From Alloascoidea hylecoeti (lineage: Eukaryota), in NCBI GenBank assembly GCA_001600815.1, contig BCKZ01000001.1, positions 2,080,804 to 2,129,520 of the forward strand: a stretch of 48,717 nt of DNA, written 5' to 3'. The notes beneath the pieces are model-generated. The model saw nothing but the letters and a program-made list of their open reading frames with translations, ran no database searches and had not been told where the DNA came from. Within the stretch, counting starts at the first letter, position 1. Every line of letters begins with the position of its first letter. Below, in pieces: positions 1-11,375 of this stretch. A program made the position numbers and the translations under genes.

Positions 1-921
1 ACGTGTTTCAGAGAATCTCATTGAAATTGCACATATAAGAGCAGTTATGGAATAAAATAAGACTTCCTTATCTTTAATTATGGGAGGGTATTGTTCAATA
101 ACTCGATCATATTGAATCTTAAAGGCATCTTTATGAATTATTGTATAAATAGGATTTATCTCATCGAAGAAATATGCCAGGAGCCCATCGACTTGTTTCT
201 GTATTATGAAATTGAAGGCTGTGATGATACCAACAGGTCGAGGTTTCAAATAATGTCTCCCTCCAAGATTGAACCCATATGTTTGTAATCGAGGGACTTT
301 GATCTGGCTTTTGAATTCATCGGGCAAAGACTCATGTAAATTCTTTCCAAGTGCAGGCGTAAGTAACATGTGAGGTCTTCTTAAAACCCGTGCTTTGGAG
401 GTTGATAAAAATATTTGTTTAGCTAGTTGTATTTCTTCTTCAGATTTTGCTGAGCCATTAAAACCCGTACGTGTATTCTCAGTAGCCCTCGAGTTTGAAT
501 ATCGTAATTCTTCTTCTAATTGCGAGACTCTGTTTTCTAACATGTGAACATATGAAGGAGGAGGACCTTGTGTAAGATATGGGCCAGTGATTATAGGATT
601 ATTTGTGTATAACGGCGTCCTGGATTGATCTTGAATTGGTGGAGGAGGCGGCTGTAGCTGATAATTCATAAGATGACTTGGGGTGGTTGTCACTATAAAC
701 TCTTGTTTGTTCATAAAACCTTTAACCTCATGGTATTGGCATAACTGGTGGTGTTTGTCACATGGCTTACATGGTAAGCATCCATCACATTTGATCTTGT
801 GTCGTTTACATCGATTGCAAGCACGAGCTACTCGTTGTCGTTTTGTTCGATTTATTTGTTTATCTGGAGTACTTCTATTTTCATTTTCATCGTGTGGACT
901 TTCAGCTGAATACATTGACAT
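1..921 (-). CDS. Zn(II)2Cys6 binuclear-cluster transcription factor, 5' part (runs off the left edge)
   Basis: Manual translation from ATG 921 gives MSMYSAESPHDENE...KRQRVARACNRCKRHKIKCDGCLPCKPCDKHHQLC, which fits CX2CX6CX5CX2CX6C, then a coiled coil (LENRVSQLEEEL). I traced the frame open to about position 240. The ORF track lists nothing here, consistent with no stop inside the window. Confidence 0.93.
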   Translation of the reverse strand, partial: MSMYSAESPHDENENRSTPDKQINRTKRQRVARACNRCKRHKIKCDGCLPCKPCDKHHQLCQYHEVKGFMNKQEFIVTTTPSHLMNYQLQPPPPPIQDQSRTPLYTNNPIITGPYLTQGPPPSYVHMLENRVSQLEEELRYSNSRATENTRTGFNGSAKSEEEIQLAKQIFLSTSKARVLRRPHMLLTPALGKNLHESLPDEFKSQIKVPRLQTYGFNLGGRHYLKPRPVGIITAFNFIIQKQVDGLLAYFFDEINPIYTIIHKDAFKIQYDRVIEQYPPIIKDKEVLFYSITALICAISMRFSETR

Positions 922-1194
922 TTTAAGTCTGAGTGCATGTCAGAGTTATTACTTCATTCTACTAAGAGAAAGTGAGAAAAACGAATAAAGGTTCATTACG
1001 TAATATCTTAATTATAATTAACAGCATATTATTATAAATCGTGGATCCTTTAAATTTCTCTTAAATTAAAAACCAGTAACATTAATTATTATAACATATT
1101 CAATAATTCAAATCAACAAGCTTAAATGTCTTAATATAAACATATACTAATTTTGATATGGATATGTTTAGATAAAAGCAAAAACAATTTTTAA

Positions 1195-4100
1195 TCAAAA
1201 TTTCTCTATAAACTGACTCTTCCTGGCATCATCTACCTTAGATTCATAATCACTTTCATCATCAGTTTTGGGATGAAGAGATTCTTCTTCATCTTCTCCT
1301 GCAATGTCTGTAGTAAATACGGTTGCTGGTTGAGTAGAATCGGAGTTATTATGGGTTACTTCAATATTAAGGGGATCTGTGTTAGAAATAATCCCGGCAT
1401 CGACAGCTGCTCTAATTGCGACTACAGCAGCCTGCTGATCTGTTTGGCCTTCGATAGGTTCAACCGTCAATTTAGTACTGGCTTCTGGGTTGATAGTTTG
1501 GGCTGTGTCCTTTATTCCATTTAAGGTAGTTGCTTTTTTAGGATTTGCAGCATAAATCTTTTTGGCACTACTAAACCCTTTAAAAAATGACTTGAGTTTT
1601 GAAGGTGAGGTTGAACTGCTTGTGGAGGCAGACGTTGAAGCTATGGGTGATGATGGAATACCACTATTTATGCTTTCAAGTCTTTGATTAGAGTTTGTTG
1701 AATCAGATGTGTTGGTTCCGTTTGAAGAAGACGCAACACTTTCCTCTTGTTTAGATGCAACAAAATTTCTTGAAAGTTCGGGAATATCATTTTTCTCTTG
1801 TTCCAAGTTTTTCAATTTCTGTTCTATGTCCTTGATATACTCCTCGGTCTTAATCTTTTTGGTCTGTCCTTCAGTGAGTTTATCCAATGAAGTCTTGTAT
1901 GAAACTTTAGCATCTTTAAGTCCACCTTCCAAGTTTTTTATATCTGATTCGACCTTTAAAACTTCCTCATCATCTTTCTCTTGTATTTTAGGGGATTCCG
2001 AATCTTTTTTAGTTTCAATTTTTTCAGCAGCTTCACTCGTTTCCGATTCATTTTCTAGTAATTTATCATCTGATGTTTTTACTTCTTCTTCGGTAGGAGG
2101 AATTATTTCCCCTTCAATAGGAGTAATCGTTTGTTCCTTATTTGATAGAGTTTTGTGCTTCTCTTCTAACTCTGAAAGTTCATTTTCCTTTTCTTCTACC
2201 AAATTGTTAGCTTCATCGTATGATACTTGTAATGTTACCAATGATTTGACTTCAGATTCCAAATCAAGTTTATGTTTCTTTAAAATATACTCCAATTTTA
2301 TTTTATCATCTTCCCATTTGGTGTGCAATAGTTCTTCTATTAGTTGTTGTCGCTTGATTGGATCAATAGGATTACTTATTCTTCTGGTTTCTTTTTCGTT
2401 TGAAGTAGCACTGTGTGTATGGAGTAAACGAAGTAAAGAATTCTTCTCTTTTTGACCATTTGTTTTATCGACATTTAACTCTTTGGTTCCACCAACTAAA
2501 CTGAATACAAGATCATCAATTTGTTGGTCTTTAAGAGAAATCTCTTCTTGCTCTTCATTTGTAAGTTTTAATGCAATAATCAACTGTTTTCTTTTTTCTT
2601 CTTCAATTTCTAAAGCCAACTTAGCTTCTTCAGCTTCATGTCTAGTTTTTTCTAAATCAAGTTCAATTTTTTTAGAACCTGCTTCTGCTTTTGAGGCCTC
2701 TGCTTCCTTGATTTTCAATTCGGTTTCTGCTTTAGTAATTCCTTCTCTGGCCTTTTCAAGTTCAGCTCCATCACTTGCTTCCTTTTCAGCTTGAATTGCT
2801 AATTCTAAATTATCTTTGGCTATTTTCACACTATCATTAGCAAGAGATTCTAATTTTTCTGACAACTTAGCCTTAGTTTCTTCTGCTTCCGCCAATTTAT
2901 TGGCCACATCTGCAGTCGCTAAAGCTTCCGAGAGCAATTCATTTTGAACATCAAGTGCAGCTTTATCCTTAGTCTCAATTTCTTTTAGACGCTCCTCTTC
3001 TGCTTTAGTAGTAGCATGTAAATGATCACGAATTTCCTTCTCCCTTGCTAATTTTTCATCATAGATTTGTTTCTGCTTTCTTTCTTCTTCAAGCAATGCT
3101 AAACGATCTTTTTCTTTTATTTCTTCAAGATCTGCTATATGTTTACTTTTCTCTTCATTTAGAATTCTCTTCTCTTCAGCTTTTTTGGAACGTAATTCTT
3201 CTTTTCTTTCATTATCAATTTTCTTTTGTTCATTTTTCTCAGCTTGACGTTCTTCTTTTTCCTTTTGTTTTTGAGCATGTAAAGCTTCCTTTTCAGCCAA
3301 TTTATGTTGTCTAAGTTCCTCTTCTTGTTGTCTAATTACTTCATCAGCAGCACGTTGAGCTTCGGCCTTTTCACTAATCTCATCCAAGACAGGTTTCACA
3401 AATTTTTGAGCAATAGCTTCAGCTTCTTCTTGAGTGATAAAAGCACCTCCTCCTAGATTTATTTTATTAGAGTTTCTAGAACGTTCTTCATGGCTTTGAT
3501 TAGCAATTTTGATGGCTGCTTCATTGAATGCAATATTTGAGTATAGGCTTGTTTCGCCAATATTTTTATTTATATTTAGCAAAGTCTGATCAGCTCTTCT
3601 TCTAGCTTCTGCTAAAACTTGTGGATCTGTAATTGATGGTCCTCCAAAATTAGTTCTATCTCTTTCAGATAATCTATCCTGAGCATTCTTAGCAGCCAAA
3701 GAATGTAATTGACTAATAGAGAATGTCCTGGCACTAGCTGCTTCTCTTGGATCAGAAACTGAAGCATATATAGAATCACTGTCTTTGTATACTTTTGCAG
3801 AGACTGACTTTGTGATATGATCTGAAGCAGATACATTGCGCTCCTCTGCAAATTTATAAACTTCTGGAAGTGCAGAAGCTGCAAATTGGGATGCGGGAAC
3901 TGAATGGGCAAAAGAAGCAGCATTGGAAGAATATGTACCTTTTCCTGAGATAGTTTCACGAATTTTGATGTCTGGGACGAATTCTCTTACGGCGTGAGCG
4001 GCATTAGCAGCAGCCGGCGATTCCTTTGGAGTCCAGGCTTTTGGAGAGTACTCTGATGAACGACCAAAAGTAGCAAGTGCTGCTTTTTTCCCGTCGACAT

Positions 4101-4605
4101 TGACCTCGGGTTTCCAAATATTGACCGAGAGATTCGAGCTGGTGGCAAGTTCGGCAGCAGCCCCCGAAGAGTTGCTAGCTACACCAACAGACGGAGCAGC
4201 AGGTGATTTGAATTGACCATATTTAAGCTTTGATTTATAAGTGGCCTCTTCGGATAATGGAGCCCCAGTAGCTCTATAGGCAGAACCAATTGACCCCTTT
4301 GAATGTGAATGGCTAGTGGGGATACCTACGGTTGGGGTTGCTGGAGAAACAAAGACCCCATTTTTCAATTTGGCTTTGTATATGGCTTCCTGAGACAATG
4401 CAGCGCCATTGGTTTGATACACATCAGACTTTCTGAGATGGTGTGGTTTTTGTGATTTTGGATCTGATAAGCTTGCAGCTGCAAGAGCCGCGGAAATGGG
4501 AGTACGAGGCTGTGACTGCAAAACAGATTAGTCATCGGCCAAGAAGCAAGTTGAAGCAATAAAAAGAAAAATACTCACATTATCGGACAGTGGAATTGGA
4601 GGCAT
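1195..4605 (-). CDS. EIS1: Eisosome protein Eis1-like, with long coiled-coil C-terminal region
   Basis: Exon 1 is 4605-4579 (MPPIPLSDN). The intron is 4578-4516 (GTGAGT...GACTAAT...CAG, phase 0) and exon 2 is 4515-1195. Eis1-type motifs: YQTNGAALSQEAIYKAKLK and KINLGGGAFITQEEAEAIAQKFVKPVLDEISEKAEAQR. Confidence 0.85.
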
Positions 4606-6061
4606 TTTCTGGGAGATAATTATAATGGTGGAGGAGGGGATATTTCCAGAAGAGTAACTGCTTTTATTGTTTTTCAGTTGCTCTGCAGGTGTGACGCTAG
4701 TACGTCATTTAGCACTTCTGACTTCATCCATCTCTTCCTCTACACGAGGATCCTAACTGGCACTATTTTGATATATATCTTACTCCACGCTCGGTAGGAA
4801 TCCTCAAAATGTATTCTTACTCTTTCTTAGACATTTGGTTTCGTCACTGATACCAAGAGAATGATCAATTGCAATTATTTCTACGCGTAATTTCATCATC
4901 ACTATGTATCCATTTAAAAGTAAAATAAATTTGAAATCGTGGTCGGATCCCAGCCGTTAGAATTCTGTTTAGAGGCCTTCCTCTTAGTACCGAGAGCCCG
5001 ATTTTCAGTTTGTTGATTTCTAGATAAGAAAGGTAACTACCGGCAGCTGTCAATTGTGATCAAAGCTGCTGTCTTTGTAGTTGAAGTTCTTGTATCTCTT
5101 GTAGAATCTCCATTTATATGAATGCGAATTTCTTATACGCCCGCAATTTCTATCACGTTTACCCTATGAATTTCTCTTCCTCACCAAATGTGGTAATGGT
5201 ATAACTTATATTCTATGGAATGCAATTGATTATGTTTCTCGAAGAATCAAGACAATATTTCAGCTCTATAATACATGTAAGCTTACATGATATAATACAT
5301 GAAGCTATACCATACGGGGTCATGGCTCCTGAGGGTATAATAGTAGGTGCCTAATTGATTTCAATTGATTGCAATTATATTTTTGGAGTCATTGACAGAT
5401 GTTCAACAACAGCATATGATGCTCGTTAATCCAGTAATTGTAAACAGATATAGTTTATAAAGTAACCTCTTCCATCATCCTGCACAGGCAGCAGCTTTAA
5501 TTGGTTAATCGTGTAATTATAAGGACTCTGAGCACATGAATTTCCATCTTGATCATGATTCACCTGCTTGACATTGGCTGCCGATGAACCGGTGGGAGGC
5601 AGAATAAATTAAGCCGTGGTCGTAGTCTAATACTAATTATACTACAGAAAAACTTCAGATATGATGCGTATCATTAGGATATCAAGCGCTACGTGACTTT
5701 ATAGAAATTGTTTGATTTTTGACCTTCAGTTGTAATTGATATTTCATAGTTTCACTCGGACCGATTACAGGACAAAATTAACCCTCATTGAAAGTCATTA
5801 TCCATGGCCAATTACAATCGGAGGGAAGATGAATCTACCTCATTCTTTGATGATTATATTTAATTTCTTTAAAGCGTTATAACAGTCATTCAGTAGCTAT
5901 GGCTGCGCTCTCAGGCTTTTATATGATAAAATTTTAAAATTATCTGATTGTTTCTCCTACGCAAAGGAATATTTATTATTGTGATATTTTTACATACCTA
6001 TGCAACCCAAACATTAATTTTGCGTGCATCTTCTTTGGAGTCTTCGTTCAAATGGGTTAAA

Positions 6062-6067
6062 CACGTG
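6062..6067. promoter_or_regulatory. E-box CACGTG (Cbf1-type) upstream of CAC2
   Basis: CACGTG about 90 bp before the CAC2 ATG. Confidence 0.55.
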
Positions 6068-6155
6068 GGTGGATGTATTACATAATCGATCTTCACCCGT
6101 ACACCCCGAGTGGTTATAAAGAGAAACCTCCTTCTCCTTCGTAGTTGGAAGAATA

Positions 6156-8713
6156 ATGAATGCATCGACAATTTCAGTTCATTGGCACGATGAAGGCCAG
6201 CCAATATATACCGCTGATTTCCAACCTTTGTCTGTGGCGGCCGGGTCAGTCGGTGCTAAATTATCTCCTCGTTTAGCAACTGGTGGTGGTGATAATAACG
6301 TTAGGGTACGCGAAAACAATTTAATACTAATATATTGCTATCTAACAAACTAACTTTTTGTATAGATATGGAGGCTAATTTATAATAATGAAAAAACGTG
6401 TATTAAATCCGTTGATTATTTATGTACTTTATCAAAACACACTCAGGCAGTCAATGTTGTTAGATTTGATCCTACAGGTATGGTTGTGTCTTACAAGTGC
6501 TCTTTTATCAAAACATCAATGACTAACTTTCTTTTTATTGGCCTATTTTAGGCGATATCTTGGCATCTGCTGGAGATGATGGTAACGTTCTTTTATGGAC
6601 TCAATCTGATAAATTAATCAAAGAATTTGGTCAAGATTCTTCTGATTTTGAAGATTCAAAAGAAACTTGGAAATTAAAAAATGCTTGTAGATCAAATACA
6701 TCTGAAATTTATGATTTAAATTGGAGTCCAAACTCTAAATTTATTATAACTGGTTCAATGGATAATATAGCAAGAATTTATAACTCAAGTAATTGTCAAT
6801 GTATTAGACAAATTGCTGAACATAATCATTATATTCAAGGTGTTGCATGGGATCCAAAAAATGAATTTTTAGCAACTCAATCTTCTGATAGATCCATTCA
6901 TATTTATTCTCTAAAAGATAAAGATGGTTTATTTACATTAAATAATTATTATAAATTTTCAAAATCTGATGTTTCAAGTAGAAAATTAACATCAGCATCA
7001 TCATCAACATCAACAGCATCAATGTCAACATTACAAAGCCCAAAATCAAAAATATTTCAAAATAATAATTTAGATGATGATATTGATAATTCATTTCATC
7101 ATCAACCAATTGCAAGTCCAATGAGACCACCTTCACACTCAAGAAAATTATCAACCAGTTCAACCAGTTCAATTCGTACAATTGGAACAACAACAACAAC
7201 GGTATCACCAAATCCTTTATTATTACAATCATCATCAGCGTCATCGGTATTACCTATTCCATTACCTGCTGTTAGAACTATGGAATCACCATTGATTAAT
7301 TTAAAACAATCTTCAATTTTTTATCATAATGAAACTTTACCATCATTTTTTAGAAGATTAACTTTTTCACCTGATGGATCTTTACTTTTCACTCCATCTG
7401 GTCTCTTTAAAACTTCATCTACAAATTCAAATTCAAACTCAAATTTACGCTCGAATTCTCAATCCCAATCAAGTCCTTCAATAATAGATTTAACAACAAA
7501 TACGAATACATTAAATAATGACAAAGAAAAGGAAAAAGAGCAAGAAAGAGATGAGATTTCAAATACTGTTTTTATTTATAGTAGGGCAGGTTTAAATAAA
7601 CCACCAATTGCTCATTTACCAGGTCTTAAAAAACCATCAGTTGCAATTTCATTTTCACCAATTTTTTATAAATTAAGAAAAACATCAGTTAAAACACAAA
7701 ATTTAAAATTAGGTATTAAAAATATTAATATAAGTGAAGGTGAAAATAGTAGTATATCCAAACTTAAAATTCATGATAAAGAAAATAAGAATAGTAAAGA
7801 AGAACAACAACCAGTATTTAAATTACCATATAGAATGATTTATGCAGTTGCAACACAAGACACTGTTATAATTTATGATACACAACAAAAATTACCAATT
7901 GGTATTGCAACAAATTTACATTATGCAATATTTACTGATTTATCATGGTCAAATGATGGTAATACTTTATTAATTACTTCAACAGATGGATTTTGTAGTG
8001 TTGTTGTTTTTAAAGATGGTTTATTGGGTGAAGTTTATAATATTGATAATAATGTTAATGTTTATGATGAAAAACTGATAAATAATGATTCTTTAATAAA
8101 AAATAATTATAATAGTTTGCCTCCACCACCTACAACACCAAAACATATTGATACTTTTATGAATCATAATCATAATCATAATATACAATCTTTTTTCAAT
8201 TCTACAAATACAAATAATGAATCAAATATAATTTCATCATCATCATCATCATCACCACAAAAATCAATATCAGATATTCTTACCCCAACTGTTTCAACAA
8301 TACCGAGTGTTGTTTCAATTGGTGGTGGATTTCAATCATTAACAACACCACCCCATACACCTAGTACTGCACAAGTTAGTATATCATCATGGGTTAATTC
8401 AACACAAACCGCTGTTTCTAATAATAATAATAATAAAGGAAGAAGTAATAGTAATGATAATACTATTAGACGTACAGATACTATAATTGATATCGATGAA
8501 GATATTGTTTTGATTAGTGATGATGAAAAATCAACAGAAAATGAAAATGGCTCAATTATAATTGATAATGAATCTCAAAATTATGATAATAATATTAATA
8601 ACAAAGAATATACGAAACAAGAACGAAATATTGGTGAGAAATCAAAGGATAGAAATCAAGATGATAAAGAAAAGAAGAAAAAACGAAGAATTGTTCCAGA
8701 ATTAATATCATAA
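6156..8713 (+). CDS. CAC2: Chromatin assembly factor 1 p60 subunit (WD40)
   Basis: Exons 6156-6305, 6366-6477 and 6552-8713, with GT-AG introns and CTAAC branch points; the frame is preserved. Motifs: RLATGGGDNNVRIW, LSKHTQAVNVVRF, ETLPSFFRRLTFSPDG, NLHYAIFTDLSWS, C-terminal KKRRIVP. Confidence 0.95.
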
Positions 8714-9188
8714 TATATCAAATTAGTAATTAAATAAACAATATTAATAATGAATGGTTTTATCGGAAAAGGAAAATCAACAACCTATAATTAATTAGGA
8801 TCTATTATATTAACAAATAACCAATGATTTTTATATAATATCATCACATCACATACCATACAAAAGAGTATAGTCTATAATTGTCAAGTTGATATTATAT
8901 ATGTTTATACGAAAATTTGATATAATTAACACAATTAGCTTTAAATATGCTATAATATCTTTTTTGTTTATATTTTGTTTTAATTTACATCCGTACACAT
9001 AACTAAATATTAATTTTAAAATTGAGTTCTGTTTAAATTATACAATTGTAATTACAGGCAGTTAAAAATAAAAACACCTCGTCGTGTATTATATTTGATA
9101 CGTTGAATCAATAATAAAAGAAAAGTTATATATTAAATTTAAATATATAATCATAATAAATTGTCTTCCATTACAATTAATATTAATA

Positions 9189-9842
9189 TCACTCCACAGT
9201 CTTACCAACAACATCACTTTGTAATTTTTGTTGAAGTTTTATTCTTGCTCTTAGTTTCATTATTTCACGATGGTTTTTTAATTGCTCTTCTCTTTCTCTC
9301 TTATCCTTTGACCATTTCATTTTTGGTAGCTCAGGTAACTCAGTAGGAATAGTAGTATTTATAGCAACTTTTGATGTGTTCAAATTTGAAGTTTTCTCTT
9401 TAGATTGATTATTAGATGTTGATGACGAAGTAGTAGTTTGATTATTTGTATTCGAACTTCTCTCACGATCAGTTTCAACAGATAATTCTGTATTAGGTGG
9501 CATAGGTAAAGTACCATCCCGTAAAAACCTTTCAACAGTTTCTTCAACATTCCCAGTTCTTTCTAGATCATATCTGATTTGTTCAGTATTAAGAGTCGGA
9601 GCAATAGCCATAACGACTTCAATCATATCTTGATTTACAACTCTTCTCCTTCTTTGTTGCGATCTACCAGCACCACCAGACCCTGAACCATTAGCAGCAC
9701 GACGTTGGTTTCTTTGCGCTGTTGAGTCACGACGGCTCTGTTCATCGTATCCTTGTATATCATCAGAATTTAGGAACCAACGGATGATGATAAAAGGTAT
9801 AACTAGAATAGCAGCAAAAGCAATTGTGGAGGTGTCCATCAT
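9189..9842 (-). CDS. CUE1: CUE-domain ER membrane protein (Cue1/Cue4, Ubc7-recruiting)
   Basis: N-terminal TM segment, CUE domain (VNQDMIEVVMAIAPTLNTEQIRYDLERTGNVEETVERFL) and a C-terminal basic helix resembling the Ubc7-binding region. It converges on CAC2, as CUE4 does in S. cerevisiae. Confidence 0.88.
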   Translation of the reverse strand: MMDTSTIAFAAILVIPFIIIRWFLNSDDIQGYDEQSRRDSTAQRNQRRAANGSGSGGAGRSQQRRRRVVNQDMIEVVMAIAPTLNTEQIRYDLERTGNVEETVERFLRDGTLPMPPNTELSVETDRERSSNTNNQTTTSSSTSNNQSKEKTSNLNTSKVAINTTIPTELPELPKMKWSKDKREREEQLKNHREIMKLRARIKLQQKLQSDVVGKTVE

Positions 9843-10015
9843 TTTTACAGAGGAGAGTACTAAAGATTGATGATACTGGAGAAAGTGAGTATGGATTGTT
9901 CAGGTCAGGAGCCCGATATGTGGAGTCCCGGGTGCACACGTGTCAAGAGCCGTCCCGATTTAGATGCGTTTATGGCCATCGATTTTCTCCTTTTCTTCCC
10001 TAAAAAGTATACAAA
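9843..10015. promoter_or_regulatory. 173-bp bidirectional promoter CUE1/SAP30 with CACGTG
   Basis: Divergent ATGs; CACGTG at 9937-9942 and AGGTCAGG at 9902-9909. Confidence 0.7.
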
Positions 10016-10513
10016 ATGCCTCCAAAAGCAACCACTTCTTTAAACACCGGAAACCATTCGTCCCGGGCCTCTGTTAAAGCTCGACAGGCTGCTCAACAAG
10101 CTTTCCTTGCTCTTCATATAAATAAAGATGGACCGTATAAAAAACAGCTGCCCGACCCGATGGATTTTGAGTCTTTGCCTTTATCGTCGTTACGCAAAGC
10201 GAGAGATTTATATGGGTTGAACACTCCATCCTGTCACTCTTTTGAAGGTGAACTTTTGAATAGCAAAATTGGTAAGAAAACTTATTCTTATAAGAATAAT
10301 AAAGATGCAAGAGTTTCAAAAAAAGAATTGGCGGATGATGTAAAAAAATATGTCATGGAACAACCAATTCGAGAAACTGAAGTTATTGTTAATTTCTTAT
10401 ATGCTGTTCATCATAAAGGTATGTTTATCTTTTTATTTTTTACAATGTAGATTGTTTTCTAACTAATATTATTCTAAATAGATCGGGCATTCAAGTTTCA
10501 ATTTGATCAATAA
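10016..10513 (+). CDS. SAP30: Sin3/Rpd3L complex subunit Sap30
   Basis: Exons 10016-10418 and 10482-10513 (intron GTATGT...ACTAAT...TAG) give the C-terminus ...AVHHKDRAFKFQFDQ*. Sin3-binding motif: DFESLPLSSLRK...SKKELADDVKKY...ETEVIVNFLYAV. Confidence 0.88.
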
Positions 10514-11375
10514 TGGTATTATTATGGATAAATATACTATTTTGATTATATATTATGAAGATTACTTTACATTTAAATCTCATATGTTCTTTTGGGTTGA
10601 AAAGAAATGATTGTATTTTTCAAAGTGATATAATAAAGCTTAATAGGTTTTATATATTAATTGATATATTACGCATCTCATCCATCCTATTTTATATATC
10701 ATATGTATTATTGTTATTTTATTCATGTTTTTATACTTGTGATCGATATTGTTTGTTTTCTTATTTATTTATATTTAATATCTATGAAACTACTGTTTTT
10801 TAACTTACTATTTATATAACTTGTTACCAACTTGTTTTAGTTCATTTTTCAAATGGGTTGGTTAATACCAATATTAATGATAATAATGTAATAAATAATG
10901 ATTCTTTAATTAATAAATATGTTGTGTTTTTTCTTCTAATTATTAGAAAAGTCTAAAGATTTTGAATATCCTTATAAGTTTTGTGTTTGATCAAGAAAAA
11001 AGTAGAGCAAACATAAAATCGATAAATATAAAATATATAAAGGTGGTCTAATAACTACAGAATATACCCTACTTTCTTCTCTGGCTGTGAACTCACATCA
11101 CGACATAAGTTTATTAAAGGAACTTTCGATCAAAGTATTTAATATTTTAAGAAAAAACTTGAGTTTACGGAGAAAAAAAGAGTGATTTTTTCTTTTTCAA
11201 TTCCTTCTTGTACACGATTCCTTCCTGTTTAGGGAATGCAACACCCAAACATAATCAAAGCCTTGCAATTTGCAAGACCTTACTTAACTTTCACTCTAAC
11301 TACTTTTTTTTTCATAACCACCCCCTTCCCAAGAAAACCGAGTTTTCGTCCTCATATATTTGTTATTTGATCATC

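Noticed and set aside
1273..3959. Several ORFs of 83-248 aa overlapping EIS1
   Set aside because: They are antisense or alternate-frame shadows of a Glu/Lys-rich CDS. The same applies to the shadow ORFs over CAC2, CDC4, the kinase, the F-box gene, the RNase III gene and ADE17.
4865..5900. Short ORFs or snoRNA-like boxes in the EIS1-CAC2 intergenic region
   Set aside because: No recognisable protein motif and no complete C/D box pair with a guide sequence.
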